From Felis catus (Eukaryota), in NCBI RefSeq assembly GCF_018350175.1, contig NC_058368.1, forward strand, positions 181,972,001 to 182,036,000: a stretch of DNA of 64,000 nucleotides, given 5' to 3'. A model generated the notes under the pieces. That model saw only the letters and a program-made list of their open reading frames with translations, made no database searches and was not told the DNA's origin. The translations under genes were made by a program, and so were the position numbers. Positions 62,441 to 64,000 of this stretch are shown piece after piece; the stretch's first letter is position 1; every line of letters starts with the position of its first letter.

Positions 62441-64000
62441 CAAATAATAACTCAACAACTATGCAAAGAATTGTTTCCAATTTCCAAAGCACCCCTTCTC
62501 ATTACCTTAGCACCCCAAAGAACTCATTTAACTGAAATAGACAATTATTTCTACCCAGTCTTTGTTATGACTGGAGAGAAGTGGACATTTAATTTTACTT
62601 GAAATAAATAATATTTTCTTGGATTTCCTCTTTATATTAGATATTCTCATTTTTTATGATTTTTCAGCTGATTTTAAAACTCTGAGATATCAATAAAGAT
62701 ATTTAGAATATAGATATTTATTCATAAGGAAATATCTATTCTTGGAAAACTATACATATATATGTATAAACATACATATGTATATATATACATATGTATA
62801 AACATACATATGTATAGGAATAGAATGTTTTGAATTTTTAAATAAAATTTTTGAATATATATAACATATACACACCCACACACCTTTATATACCCTGAAG
62901 GAAAAAAAAAAAGATTTAAAGTGTACCCCTGACTCCTTCGTATTACCTTTTTTGTCATCTCCAGGGCTATCTATTCAGAGTCATAAAATGCCATTCTCTG
63001 TGGTGAGACTAAAGTATTAAGGAATGCCTCATCTATACAAGAGTCTTTACTCACAAAGTTGCATTTGAGATTTGTACTCCTGGAGACATTTGTTTGAATA
63101 CAGACACTGCTTCTAAGGAATTCTTATAAAAATGTTAATATGTTACCCATTATTTAAAAAAAAAACATAATTAGGGAGTATCTGATCAAATAAAACACTG
63201 ACTACCTGGCATAGAATTAAGATGTTAAAGGAAGAGGATATAACAGAGATGTTTTATTTGTAAAGTGGGCAGGACATCTTATATGCTCATAGTGGGCAAG
63301 AAAGCATGAATACTCCCCAGGAAAGCTGAGATGGAATATTTCAGTTTGTACATGTTGTGATGCAATTTTGTCTATAGACAAATCTGACTACTAACACTGG
63401 AAAGAACCCCTTCTATCTATCTCTTTCCCCAAATCCCGCCCCCTCCCTTGCTGGATGGGTATTACTTAAAAGCAAGCAGAGAAAAATCTCACTTTCTCTC
63501 TGTTGTATACCTTATGACAAGGCATCCGCCAGCACTTGTGGAATAGCTATTGTTACTTGGACCCAAAGCTTTAATACAATTATGGATTTCAACCCATTCT
63601 TTACAGTTTCCCAGGGAAGTTAAATATGATTCAAGAATATTAAGTGGCTCTAAAAAAATAAGATGAATTGTGGAAAAAGAATCACAGTTTCAAAAAATAA
63701 AATGCACTTCTAAAAATATTTCTGAAAGCACAACCTTCATTGATTTTTAAGCAGCTTTCTTCAAAAATGCTAGGGAAAAAGTCAATTGGTTTTCTCTGTT
63801 TTATTTTGCTTTGCAAAATAATGCTGATTTGAAAAAAGTCATCACAATTGCCTAAAGTTCTGTGAAATAATGATGTGGTGTGGCTTCTAGCTAATGGTCC
63901 CAGTATATTTGTAAATCAGAAGATTTATTCTAGAAGTTGTTACATAAATATCAGCAGGGTAGATTTCTTTCATTTATTTTGCATAATTACATTCAAAATG

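Overview
AT-rich mammalian genomic DNA, almost certainly from a felid: it carries 19 tRNA-derived carnivore SINEs, including near-consensus SINEC_Fc-type copies, plus feline/carnivore L1 3' ends. I found no complete protein-coding gene, no CpG island, no RNA gene and no CRISPR array. The supplied ORFs look like chance frames over SINEs, microsatellites and AT-rich DNA. The only gene-like signal is a probable + strand terminal exon/3'UTR (splice acceptor at 3325, AATAAA at 4467) of an unidentified gene lying to the left. The remaining ~59 kb looks intergenic: a layered TE landscape (SINEC, L1, L2, L3, MIR, MLT1/LTR16, hAT MITEs) with some repeat-poor, motif-dense candidate enhancer blocks. Most notable: a ~2.1 kb fossil RTE-clade (L4/RTE-X-like) LINE whose APE and RT motifs can still be read in order; a 30-36 bp templated insertion copied from 1.1 kb away; a ~200 bp degenerate palindrome; a perfect 52 bp AT palindrome in a SINE tail; a four-level TE nest; and a PBX/MEIS/HOX motif cluster. 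I see no convincing evidence of a wholly new biological system. TE family names come from recalled consensus sequences, and boundaries of old repeats are approximate.
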